Of a DNA stretch of 64,000 bases, positions 53,330 through 64,000 are shown piece after piece. The DNA is from Octopus bimaculoides (lineage: Eukaryota): NCBI RefSeq assembly GCF_001194135.2, contig NC_069002.1, forward strand, positions 25,284,742 to 25,348,741, written 5' to 3'. The position numbers and the translations under genes are program-made. Position 1 is the stretch's first letter, and every line of letters begins with the position of its first letter. The notes under the pieces were generated by a model, which saw only the letters and a program-made list of their open reading frames with translations, searched no databases and was not told the origin of the DNA.

Positions 53330-53665
53330 ACACACGTGTGACCGAACCGAGACGTTTTCTACTGTAAAGAAGAGGGTTCGATTGCGCATGCGTGCCACTG
53401 ACCTCTTGTTCATTTCCGGAACATTCTCACTGTTTCTGGTGAAATATCTCTCGTTATTGCAGAATATTTTTTATCTTGTTGCTCTTATTAACGTTGTTGT
53501 TACTTAGGCCCTCCTCCTCACCCTGCTATGTCACCTTTGATTAAGAAGACTTTTCATTAAAATAGATTCCACTCGTGGCAATCCCTTCTGTATCTCAGGC
53601 ATTACGTAGCTAATATAGTACCGGACCTCGGATTTTATCCGGCTTCCAGAATTCCGGAATTTCCA
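53330..53665 (-). promoter_or_regulatory. HSPA9 promoter: E-box CACGTG (53333-53338), NRF1-like TGCGCATGCGTG (53383-53394), perfect 3-unit HSE tTTCcgGAAcaTTCt (53413-53427, overlapping ETS CCGGAA), second HSE-like cluster (53644-53664)
   Basis: Motifs read directly; CpG-retaining stretch just upstream of exon 1; TSS not determinable. Confidence 0.65.
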
Positions 53666-54031
53666 AAAATCCATAAATTATAAGCAAAACACCTACCTGT
53701 ATTGAGTACACAGAAACTGTTTTGAAGATGGTTAATTTACAAGCAGCATGTTAGTAATTTCGTTCTGTAGTTTTTACGTCGATTTATCGAGATTAAAGTG
53801 ACTCTGCTTTAGAGAAATATTAATTTGTGCCGGTATCTGTTAAATAAAAACCATGTTGTTTACTTTTCTTGATTTAATTCTCTCCCTATAAGCATCATAC
53901 TGTATACATGGATCAGTGTGAAATATTTTAAGGACTTTAATATCAAACAAACCCTACTTTAGAAATGTATTAATATGAATTTGTTAAACTCAATATAGCT
54001 CTTTACTTTCCATAGCTTACTTTATAATTTA

Positions 54032-55938
54032 CTGGCAGAGATATCCGGCATTGCCTGTGTTACCTGCAATTGAAGAATTAGACTTTTCTTTCATATTTTC
54101 TCTAATGAACTGGAATATCTGTGATTCGAATTTCATCAAAATTGCAGATGAAGAATTTTAATGAGGGTTCTTTCCCCTCTTTACACACCCTAACAAAAAT
54201 TCTAATCATGGCACGTTTATCCCATGATACTCATCATTATGCCCAGATTCCAAAATTTAAATCTTATGGAACCTATTAAAAGGTTTTTGCTCCTGAAAAA
54301 TGGAGCACTAAAATGTTGGAGTTAAGGCCCCAATTGGCGGGGAGGTATCTTTAAGTCAACCAGAGAAGTTGAATTGTTTGAATCTTTTTAACTTGAGTCT
54401 TATAGCTATTGTTCAAATTTCTTTGAAATCTGAAATGTTAGTCATTAGTTACCCTATTAATCTATACAGGCAAATTTGACCCTCAGCAAACAAAATAAGA
54501 CAGGGACACACTCAATAAGATAATACTGTACCAGACCAGTTATCCAGAAAATTTGACACTAGATATGTCCTGGATTTCTAGAGACACCCTATGTATACAT
54601 TCATCTGTCTATCTATATATATAAAGATGAGAATGTGTGTCTGTCTGTGTGAATCCCTAAAACTGAAATGTTCGCTGAATTTGTAAAAGGGAGCAAAGCT
54701 AGGAAACGAAAAGATGAATGATCACAATAAGCAGTCAGCAACCCTACCCTAGTCGTTACCACTCCCCAATGTAAGATTCCTCACCAAACAGGTGACGGGC
54801 ACAGCCGTAAGATGCTTTACAGATGTATAGCAATTTGAAGGACGTGACCCAACTCAAATAAACATTAACAACTATGTGACGTGAGGGCTAAGGGGAAGTG
54901 AAAATGTCACCTCTGAAGTTTGCCAATGATCACTATGCCGATAGGTAACTGGACAGAATAAATTTGCAATCTATAAATCTCTTTGAATGACCAGTCACTT
55001 ATCTGGGAAGGCCTTGAAAACAATGTTACCATCTGGGGACTATCTCTGATAATAAAATGACTCAAAGTAGGTCTGCAACCAAATAACTTTACTCAACACT
55101 TTGCAAGTGAATTAGTGGAGGCAAAGATGCCTCTCCTTTACTTGACAATTTATGCACCACATTGCAGAAATCACAATCTAAGCAAAGTCTTACACTGGTG
55201 TACCACTGAGTTACAAATAATGCTCATCTTTTATGCTTGGGTGACCCTACAGCTTCCAAGAGTACAATTGTATTTGTCTTGGCTTAGGAAAAATGACTAA
55301 ATTGTGGGTGTTACTAACTTCTAAGAATTTGAAATTTTAGAAATATTGCTTCATTTGTGTGTAATATTTATGGTTAAAATTTCATCAACAGCAAAAATAT
55401 ATGAATTTTCATAAGGGTTATGACCTCATTTTTGCCCCCTCACTTTCAAAGATATACAGCATTACATCTGTCCTTATGCATAGAATATAATTTCCAAATT
55501 TTATAAAGATCCATTCAGTACTTTTGACCTAGTTTTGGATCAGAAAAAATGACTAAAATTTAAGAGTTCAGGCCCCCGTTAGGGGGTGTTAGAATCCTCA
55601 TGAGAAGCGGAAAGTTTTGGGAATACTTCTTGATGTGCGTCAATTACTTATGGTTGAAATTTCATCAACATCAGAAATTTAGGAATTTTCATGAGGGGTC
55701 CTGCCCCCTTTAAGCCACCTCAAATTCAAACCAAACACTGCATTATACCCACACATACATTGAATCAAAGGTTCAAATATCATAAGGATCCATTCATGAA
55801 ATTGTGTGAAACACAGCATTACCCATCTCCCTAGGCTTGGATTTTGTGTTCCAAATTTCATTAGGGTCGGTGCAGTAGTTTTCAAATGCATAAGTAACAC
55901 ACGAACACACATTAAGACATTGACTTTTATATAATAGA
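54032..55938 (-). mobile_element. Non-autonomous Helitron-like element with internal ~280-bp repeats; a second Helitron-like 5' end starts at 57741 (-)
   Basis: 5' A|TCTATTATATAAAA...GTGTGT; 3' GGCAATGCCGGATATCTCTGCCAG|T resembling the hairpin + CTRR end. Confidence 0.45.
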
Positions 55939-58084
55939 TATGAATATGCACAAATACATACGTGTGTGTGTGTGTGTAATACACAGATAGATTGATAGAT
56001 ACAACTGAGAGGACAAACAAAAATATGAGACACTGCTTTCAAGAATTTTTTGTCAAATGAATGAACTCCATGGCTTTTTTTTCTTTTATTTTGATAAGCC
56101 TGGAACTTATTCTATCAGTCTCTTTTTGTCAAACCAGTAAGCTATGGGGATGTAAATAAATGAACAGCAGTTGTCAAGCGGTGATGAGGGAGAAACACAG
56201 ACACAAAGATACACACATACACTTACATATATACATATATATATATATACGATTGATTTCTTTCAGTTTTTGGCTATGAAATCCATTCACAAGGCTTTGG
56301 TTGGTCTAAAGCTATAGCAGAAGACACATGCCAAGTCACCACACAGTGGGACTGAACGCAGGTCCATGTGCTTTGGAACTAAGCTTCTTACCACACATCA
56401 ACACCTGCACCTATATATATTTATGTGTGTGTGTGTGTGTGTGTATAAATGTATGTATATGTATGTATGTATTTCTACTTCCTCCCTTTGTTTCTCCCTC
56501 TACCACTCTCTCTCTTCCCCTTACACCAGCATGGTCACATCCTTCTGGTCAATAATCCTTTTTTTCCTTGGCTATCGCCGAGCAAACACGCGAACTCACT
56601 TCGTCCCTACTTCCAAGTTCGTGCTTCACAGCGTTCATACACACATAATTTTTCTTGTCTGGCCGTAAAGCATTTTCTGTTTGTTTTCCTGTCTTGTTTT
56701 TTGTCCGCCACTACATTCCTCCATGGCAAGATTTAATTTGCGTATACAAATTTAATCTGCGGTCCATGGGATGAGCCGTTTTAACGATGCGTCCTGCCCA
56801 AGCTCTTCGAAACGCCGGTGTTAAAACGTGAGTAGCTGATGAAGTAGAATGTTCTCTATGTGGCTTGTGTGTTTTCTCGTCTACGTTTTGTTTGCAATGT
56901 CCTGTACCCAGATATGCACCCATACATACAGGTGGATGCCGGTATGCACATACCTGTACGTATATATGCATATACTCATTTACTATTTGTTTTTATATAT
57001 ATATATATGAATAAATATATGTNNNNNNNNNNNNNNNNNNNNNNNNNNNNNNNNNNNNNNNNNNNNNNNNNNNNNNNNNNNNNNNNNNNNNNNNNNNNNN
57101 NNNNNNNNNNNNNNNNNNNNNNNNNNNNNNNNNNNNNNNNNNNNNNNNNNNNNNNNNNNNNNNNNNNNNNNNNNNNNNNNNNNNNNNNNNNNNNNNNNNN
57201 NNNNNNNNNNNNNNNNNNNNNNNNNNNNNNNNNNNNNNNNNNNNNNNNNNNNNNNNNNNNNNNNNNNNNNNNNNNNNNNNNNNNNNNNNNNNNNNNNNNN
57301 NNNNNNNNNNNNNNNNNNNNNNNNNNNNNNNNNNNNNNNNNNATATATATATATATATATACATCTATAGATTTACATCTATATATATACATGTGCAGAT
57401 GTATACATATATATGTACATAATATATTATATATATGTATGCATGATTATATGAGATAATAGCTTCACTTTAATAGTTTCACTATCAATAGTGAAAGTAT
57501 CTGACATTACAATAGAGAGATGTTATTGCTTCACTTTTGACACGTAATACTGAAATAATGGAAGATATAAGATATTGCTCTGGGCTCGCATTAGACATGA
57601 AATTGAAAATTGTTTTGGCCCATGACACTACCTGGACCCTAAGTAAGGCATGTGTGAAATTTCAATGAAATCAGTTGTGTACTTCTTGAGTTTTAGGGAT
57701 TCACACAGACAGACACACATTCTCATCTTTATATATATAGATAGACAGATGAATGTATACATAGGGTGTCTCCAGAAATCCAGGACATATCTGGTGTCAA
57801 ATTTTCTGGATAACTGATCTGGTACAGTATTATCTTATTGAGTGTGTCCCTGTCTTATTTTGTTCGCTGAGGGTCAAATTTGCCTGTATAGATTAATAGG
57901 GTAACTAATGACTAAAATCATAAATGGGCGGAATTTTGAAATAGTTCTCCCTCAAAGCCCCATACCTCATAGGAAAAGAAAAGTGTATGGAAGTGAGGTG
58001 TACAAAAATTTCATAAAATTGAAATTTTGGGGAAAAAAATCTTTTTTGAATCATAGTTTCCGTTGTATGAAACAGAACATGAGA

Positions 58085-58870
58085 AAAATAATAATAATAA
58101 TCCTTTCTACTAAAGGCACAAGGCCTGAAATTTGGGCAGTGGGGAGGGGACTAATTGATTATATCGACCCCAGCATTTTACTGGTACATAATTTATCGAT
58201 CCTGAAAGGATGAAAGGCAATGTCGACCTCGGTGGAATTTGAACCCAGAAAGAAAAGATGGACGAAATGCCGCAAAGCATTTTGCCCGGCATGCTAACGA
58301 TTCTGCCAGATAATAATAATGATAATAATCCTGAAATTTCGAGGAAGGGGCTAGTCGATTACATTGACCCCAATGCATAACCGGTACTTATTTCATCAAC
58401 CCTGAAAGGATGAAAGACAAAGTTTAACAACATTTTGTCCGGCATGTGAACACTTCAACCAGTTTGCGGCTTTTCCTGTAATAATAATAATGGCTTCAAA
58501 TTTTGGCACTGGGCAAGTAGTTTTAAATTGGAGAGAGAAGTTGATTATATTGACCTTGATGCTCAACAATTACTTATTCTATCGATCCCGCAAAAATGAA
58601 AGGCAAAGTCAATCTCAGCAGAATTTAAATTCAGAATGTAAAACCAGAAGAATTGTCATTGAGCATTTTGTCCGGCATGGCAAGGGATCTGCCAGCTCGC
58701 TGCCTTAATTATAAAATAATGGTTTCAAATTTTGGCACAAGGCCAGCAATTTTGGGGGCGGGGTATGTCGGTTACATCGATCCTAGTAATTGACTAACAC
58801 TTAATTTATCTAACAAATGAATAAAGGCAAAATTGAGTTTGGTGGCATTTAAACCGAAAACGTGAAGTGT
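58085..58870 (-). mobile_element. Array (~4 copies) of the same SINE on the - strand; smaller array at 38995-39530 (+)
   Basis: Reverse complement of the unit, separated by (AAT)n. Confidence 0.8.
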
Positions 58871-59620
58871 CTGAACAAATAGTGTGTAACGAAGCTTAGC
58901 ATCGAAACCTTACAGCTTTAGTAACTAGGATCAGACCACACTTGAATCAGATGATGTGCTCTAAACATCAACCAATATGCTTGCAGAAATATCCCCCCAT
59001 ATTATAGAATGTTCTATCATGTTCCAGAGGTTCCTGCTTAGAAAAAAAAAAGACTATATAAGCAACAACATAGGCAAGCACAACCAGGGAGGGAAAGAGA
59101 TGACTGAGGGCGCTATGCAAATAGCAGACCTTCACGCGTGGACGCAGACAACAAACCCTTTAAGCAGACAAAGTTTCTTGGTTGTAATTTGACCGTGGAT
59201 TAAAGGAATCGTTGACTACAAAGAACAGAGTATTTTACCAGCCTCTCATGTGAAGCCATTCTTTTCTGTCATTAATGTAACTTCAAACAACTCTCTTCTT
59301 TTTGCATGATACACCAATGACAAGAAACGAGGTAATTATGTGAATATTGTGGTGTAATCCTGTGAAAGTGAGTTATCTAAACAATGTTAGAGTTAGTTTT
59401 ATGGGACAGAATGAAGTCTAACTTCATACCAAAATATTAATATCCAGGCGCAGGCATAGCTGTGTGGTAAGAAGCTTGCTACCCAACCACATGGTTTCAG
59501 GTTCAGTCCCACTGTGTGGTACTTTGGGCAAGTGTCTTCTACTATAGCCTTGAGCCAACAAAAGCCTTGTGAGTGGATATGGTAAATGGAAACTGAGAGA
59601 AGTCTGTCATATATGTATGC

Positions 59621-60930
59621 ACGGTACACAGCAACTTTTGTTTGCCTTGTGATGCCATGCTGGGACCAAACATGAGACTGAAGAGACCGGAAGGAATTAG
59701 TTGCTCTCTGCAAGCTGAAAGATATTTCCTCATCCAGGGAGCAAGAACGGCTGAGTGTGCTGCCCTGGTAGACAAACTTGTCTACTATCTTCAGAATTGT
59801 TCCTTCAACCAAGATAGCTGGTTTCACATATAGATTTGCTGGTGCAGGCTGGAACATTACAGCAGTCTTGTCCAGGCCAATGCTGAGTCCAAATGCCTTG
59901 CAAGAAGTAGAAATGCAATTCATGAGTATTTGCATGTCATCCACTGTATGAGTGACTAAGTCACAGTCATCTGCATAAAGGAGGTCACAAATAATAGACT
60001 GGAAAGCTTTTGAATTGGCAGCAAATCAGCGCAGATTAAAGAGGTGGCCAGAAGATCAATATCTGACATATATTCCCAGAGAGCTAACCTTAGCAAAAGC
60101 ATGAGTAAAAGCAGCAGCAAAGTACAAAGAAAAGAGAGTTGGGGCAAGGATGTCACCCTGCTTGACACCATTCTCTATAGGAATGGGTCCTGCCATGCCA
60201 CCACCAACATTGACCCAAGCCTCTATCCCATCATGAAATGATTTAATTATAGATACAAAGTGATCCGGACATCCAAGTTTGCCAAGTATTTTCCATAGAA
60301 AGGCCCTATTTACAGTATCAAAGGCCTTTGTTAAATCAATGAATACCTGGACAAGATCCATATTCTGCTCATAGCACTTCTCCTGCATCTGTCTTGTTGT
60401 GAAAATCATATCCATTGTCCCTCTACCAGATCGGAAGCCACATTGAGATTCAGATAGGACATCATTTATGAGACACCCTTTCAGACGGGTAAGAAGAATA
60501 TTTGCCNNNNNNNNNNNNNNNNNNNNNNNNNNNNNNNNNNNNNNNNNNNNNNNNNNNNNNNNNNNNNNNNNNNNNGCTGATAGTAGAGCAATACCTCTGT
60601 AGTTACCACACATTGTTCTGGCTCCTTTTCCTTTATATAGAGGAAGAATAATTGCATCCTTCCAGACTGCACTAATAAGTTCATGAAGGGACTGTGTGAT
60701 GTAATTACCACCAAATCGCAAGACATCAGCACAAATGCCATCCTTTCCAGGTGCCCTACCAAGATTCAATTTACTTATTGATGTCATTACTTCATCTATT
60801 GAAGGCGAGGAGTCTAAGGAGCCAATGATAGGTCTTTGTTGCATAGTATCAATCACTGTTTCATCCACAACTGACTCATGGTTTAGGAGTTCAGAGAAGT
60901 GTTTGATCCGGTGACCTGTGATTTCTGTTG
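59621..60930 (-). mobile_element. RTE/BovB-clade LINE reverse transcriptase fragment, inactivated
   Basis: SQCGFRSGRGT, FIDLTKAFDTV, GVKQG, LLYADD (YADD at 59966-59977); two in-frame TGA stops near 60020-60060; truncated at both ends; contains gap 60507-60575. Confidence 0.92.
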
Positions 60931-61658
60931 ATACATACATACATACATACATATTTCCTCTCGAGTACGTATATATCTTGTTACCGAATATATAAAAAGT
61001 AATACAGAGAGCCGTCACTTTTGAGCGAGTAAGGCTTGGTAACTTAGGTGTGTATATAGTTGCGAGCACACATGGACACTCTCTCGCCCCCTCCTTGACC
61101 TAGGAATACCTTGGATCTGAGAGCTGGAAGGTGAAAATGCTGCATCTGTACTCAGTTGGTATTCGTTACTGTTAAGTAGATTGGAGCAGCATGGAATGAA
61201 AGACCTTGCTCAAGGATACAATGCACTGCTCCGACCAGCAATTGAATCCATGACCTTATGATTGTAATCCCTTAACCACAAAGCCAATGTTTAAGATACG
61301 TGACTATTTGAATTAAGCACATAAAATGGCTGACTGCAAAATAAAGAAATCAAGTAAGTGAAAAAAAAAACAACGAAATGAAACTGAAAGAAACCCGACT
61401 CAGCTGTATGATATAATCCGAATGATTTACTGTAAATTTTTGTTGAAATCCAGAATGCAATCATGTGGTTTTGGGTTCAGTCCCACTGCGTGGCATCTTG
61501 GGCAAATGTTTTCTATAGCACTAAGCTGACTGCAGTACGTGCCTTGTGAGGGAATGTTGTAGATCGAAACTGCGTGGAATCCCGTTATCTGTCTATCTAT
61601 CTATCTGTGTGTGTGTCTGTTTGTCTATCTGCCTGTATATCTGTTAGTTTTGTCTGTC

Positions 61659-61693
<35 letters not shown>

Positions 61694-62201
61694 GTGTGAT
61701 ATGTATTGAATATTTATATAGAAGATCAAAACTAAAATCACAGGTGTGTGTGTGTGTGTATTTATATACGACAGGCTTCTTTCGGGGATCTTTCTGATTT
61801 GGAGGAAAAATAAATAAAAAATGGTGTCCGCCAAATCAGAAAGATCCGAGAGACGAGTTAAGAGAAAATACGTGCAAGAGAGAAAAATAGATAGATAGAT
61901 GAGAGAGAGAAATGATTAGGAAAAGAGAGATAATGAGGGAGGAAGTGGCGGATTAAAAGAAAATGTAAGAACGAAAGATAGAGAGAAGGGTATATTGATG
62001 GAGAGAGAAGGAAAGAAAGTATTAAGAGCTAGAGACACAAATAGAATAGTGAGAGACGGATTAAAAAAGAAAGTATAAGAACGATAGATAGATAGAAAGA
62101 GCGAAGGCGTGCGAGAGAGAGAGAGAGTAAAATGAAAGTGGAACTATTTCAATTGGGTTCAAAGAATAATCCGTCACCGGTGTTATGAAGTGTGATGTGT
62201 T

Positions 62202-62352
62202 ATGGCGGGGGGAGCAGTAACAATGGCTGAGGATTTCCCAATCATAGAAAACACAATTCACGGATGGATTGTTGGGTATTATTGTGATCGCATCCTCCAA
62301 GAATGGTCCCAGAGCTTCGAACCGTGGTCAACGAACCATATTAAACTTGGAA
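62202..62352 (+). CDS. Candidate first coding exon of an unidentified gene (MAGGAVTMAEDFPIIENTIHGWIVGYYCDRILQEWSQSFEPWSTNHIKLG)
   Basis: Two in-frame ATGs (62202; 62223 in acaATGG context), donor GAA|GTATGT at 62353, CpG-retaining non-repetitive sequence; no homology recognised. Confidence 0.35.
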
Positions 62353-63000
62353 GTATGTTTATTATCTTAAAATTTGTTTAAATTTGTGGTGTGTGTAGTG
62401 ACAAGTCATACGTCGATCCACGGCAGAATCGTTAGCGATGTTTAGAGGTATTTCGCCCGTCGCTACGTTCTGAGTTCAAATTTCGCCGAGATCGACCTTG
62501 CCTTTCATCCTTTCGGGGTCGATAAAATAAGTACCATTTGAACACTGGGATCGATGTAATCGACTACCCTTGTGGCAACAATTTGAAATAACAGTGGTCT
62601 TATTTTTATCACTTGCTTTCATTGTACAACCGATCGCAGCTGTGCAATGGTTTGTTGTGGTGCTCTGATTTTCACTGTATTGAAAGTGATTTACACAGGA
62701 TGTGCGCGGTTCTTTGTAATGCTATTTTCTGTGTGTGATATGCATTTGTGAGTCCTGGTGCTTTGGTTATTATTGTCATTTTAAACGCAGATTTCTGTCC
62801 ATTATGACGGGGTAGGTATATGGGTGAATATAAATGTCCTCTATACACATATACAAACATCAGCATGTTCATACACGTGTATATAAATGCAATTGTACAC
62901 ACACTCTTATATATATATATATATTTGAAGAAAAGCAACAAAAATTCACCAGGCTATAGCAGTACGTACGTTTTGTACAAACTTCAGGTACTACTAAAGC

Positions 63001-63153
63001 AGCGCGGACCCGAACGCGCAGTCGCGCGTCCGCGCTAGCTAGTCATGAGTGGTCGATCCTAACCCTAACCCTAAACACGTATTCATTTGCACACGCGGGT
63101 TAGGGTTAGAGTTAGGGATAGGGTTAGGGTTAGGATCGACCACTCACGACTAG
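63001..63153. mobile_element. Palindromic element with telomere-repeat arms and an adjacent GC hairpin (Helentron/HINE-like)
   Basis: CTAGTCATGAGTGGTCGATCCTAACCCTAACCCTAA...TTAGGGTTAGGGTTAGGATCGACCACTCACGACTAG; hairpin AGCGCGGAC/GTCCGCGCT. Confidence 0.6.
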
Positions 63154-63289
63154 TGAGAACAACACATTAGATGTGCAATGAAAATGTACTCCTCAGCTGC
63201 ATAATGGAGTTTCATTTTTACTTGATGCCAATTGTTTGAGGACAGTTTAGTTATTCTTTCGGAATAGTTATTCTTTAAGAAATTATAAT

Positions 63290-64000
63290 AATATTTATTT
63301 ATTTATTCATTTATGGGCTTCAGCCAAGTGGCTGTGGTCATGCTGGAGCACCACCGTGACTTTCCGTCTTTATGCTGTGCTCTTTTCACATTCCTTGAAT
63401 GGCTCTTCTCATCCACCTGATATAGTCCAATCAAGAGTTTTGATGGCACATCTGGTGTATAAGACAATTTGACATCGCTGCCCTAAACTGTGTCTCATTT
63501 CGAGCCATTGGTTCGTCTGGTATCGTGGAGAGGAAAGCGTCAGGTTTTGTCTTGAAGACCTCTATATCCATGTCTTGCAGATCTCTCAAATGTCTTGGCA
63601 GCGCATTAAAGAACTGAGGTCCTCTGAAACCGAGGCTGTTGCAGTACCTTGTTCTTATGTGAGATGCAGTGGACGGTACCATGCAGTGGCGACCTGTGAG
63701 GGCATTCGTGTAGTACTTGATGCCAAAGTTTGGCACCAGTCCTTCCAGTATTTTCCATATGTATATTATTACATATCTCTCCCGCCTGCGCTCCAGGGAG
63801 TAGAGACCTAGTGCCTTCAGTCGCTCCCTGTAGTTCATCTGTTGGACTGTGGCGATCTTTTTTGTATAGTGACGCTGAATTGCCTCGAGTTCTGCTGTCC
63901 GCTTGACACTGTGTGGAGACCACAACTGAGAGCAATAGTCTAGGTGGCTCAGAACAAATGTCTTCCATAGAATCAACATGACTTTTTGATCCCATGTTCG
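63290..64000 (-). mobile_element. 3' end of a CR1/L2-group LINE: ORF2 C-terminus, 3' UTR, stem-loop and (AATA)n tail; runs off the window
   Basis: SHLDYCSQLWSP, LYSLERRRERY and FNALP motifs; open for >180 codons. Confidence 0.88.

Noticed and set aside
56805-56850. CGAAAC...CTGATGA as a type II hammerhead
   Set aside because: Stem II, stem I and stem III pairings cannot be formed
59115-59122. Octamer ATGCAAAT suggesting an snRNA gene enhancer
   Set aside because: No snRNA-like sequence or Sm site nearby; a single 8-mer is expected by chance
63058-63133. Telomere-fusion scar
   Set aside because: Orientation is (CCCTAA)n then (TTAGGG)n, opposite to an end-to-end fusion, and the repeats sit inside unique inverted arms

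Overview
Intron-rich, repeat-dense eukaryotic genomic DNA, most consistent with a coleoid cephalopod (Octopus-like SINE/MITE content; inference, not a database result). Two conserved housekeeping genes lie tail to tail. On the + strand is the 3' part of SNRNP200/Brr2 (11 visible coding exons, 1-19571; one expected ~50-codon block is missing and probably lies in the N gap at 3880-4672). On the - strand is a complete 17-exon HSPA9/mortalin (53252-21657, 2034 nt CDS, 677 aa) with a mitochondrial presequence and a promoter carrying an E-box, an NRF1-like site and a perfect heat-shock element. Introns and intergenic DNA hold tRNA-headed SINEs (several in head-to-tail arrays), TTAA-flanked piggyBac-type MITEs, hAT/pogo-like MITEs, Helitron-like elements, and RTE and CR1/L2 LINE fragments. 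Best leads: (1) hammerhead-ribozyme-like cores in a tRNA-headed SINE tail (~9200) and in an inverted pair (~29.7 kb); (2) a CpG-rich structured island/candidate poison exon in HSPA9 intron 12 bracketed by inverted MITEs; (3) a SINE-LINE shared 3' stem-loop with a compensatory base pair; (4) decayed copies of an SNRNP200 exon end with donor sites; (5) a Helentron-like palindrome built from telomere repeats; (6) an unassigned first-exon-like ORF at 62.2 kb. Splice sites were read by eye; orthology statements rely on recalled human sequences.
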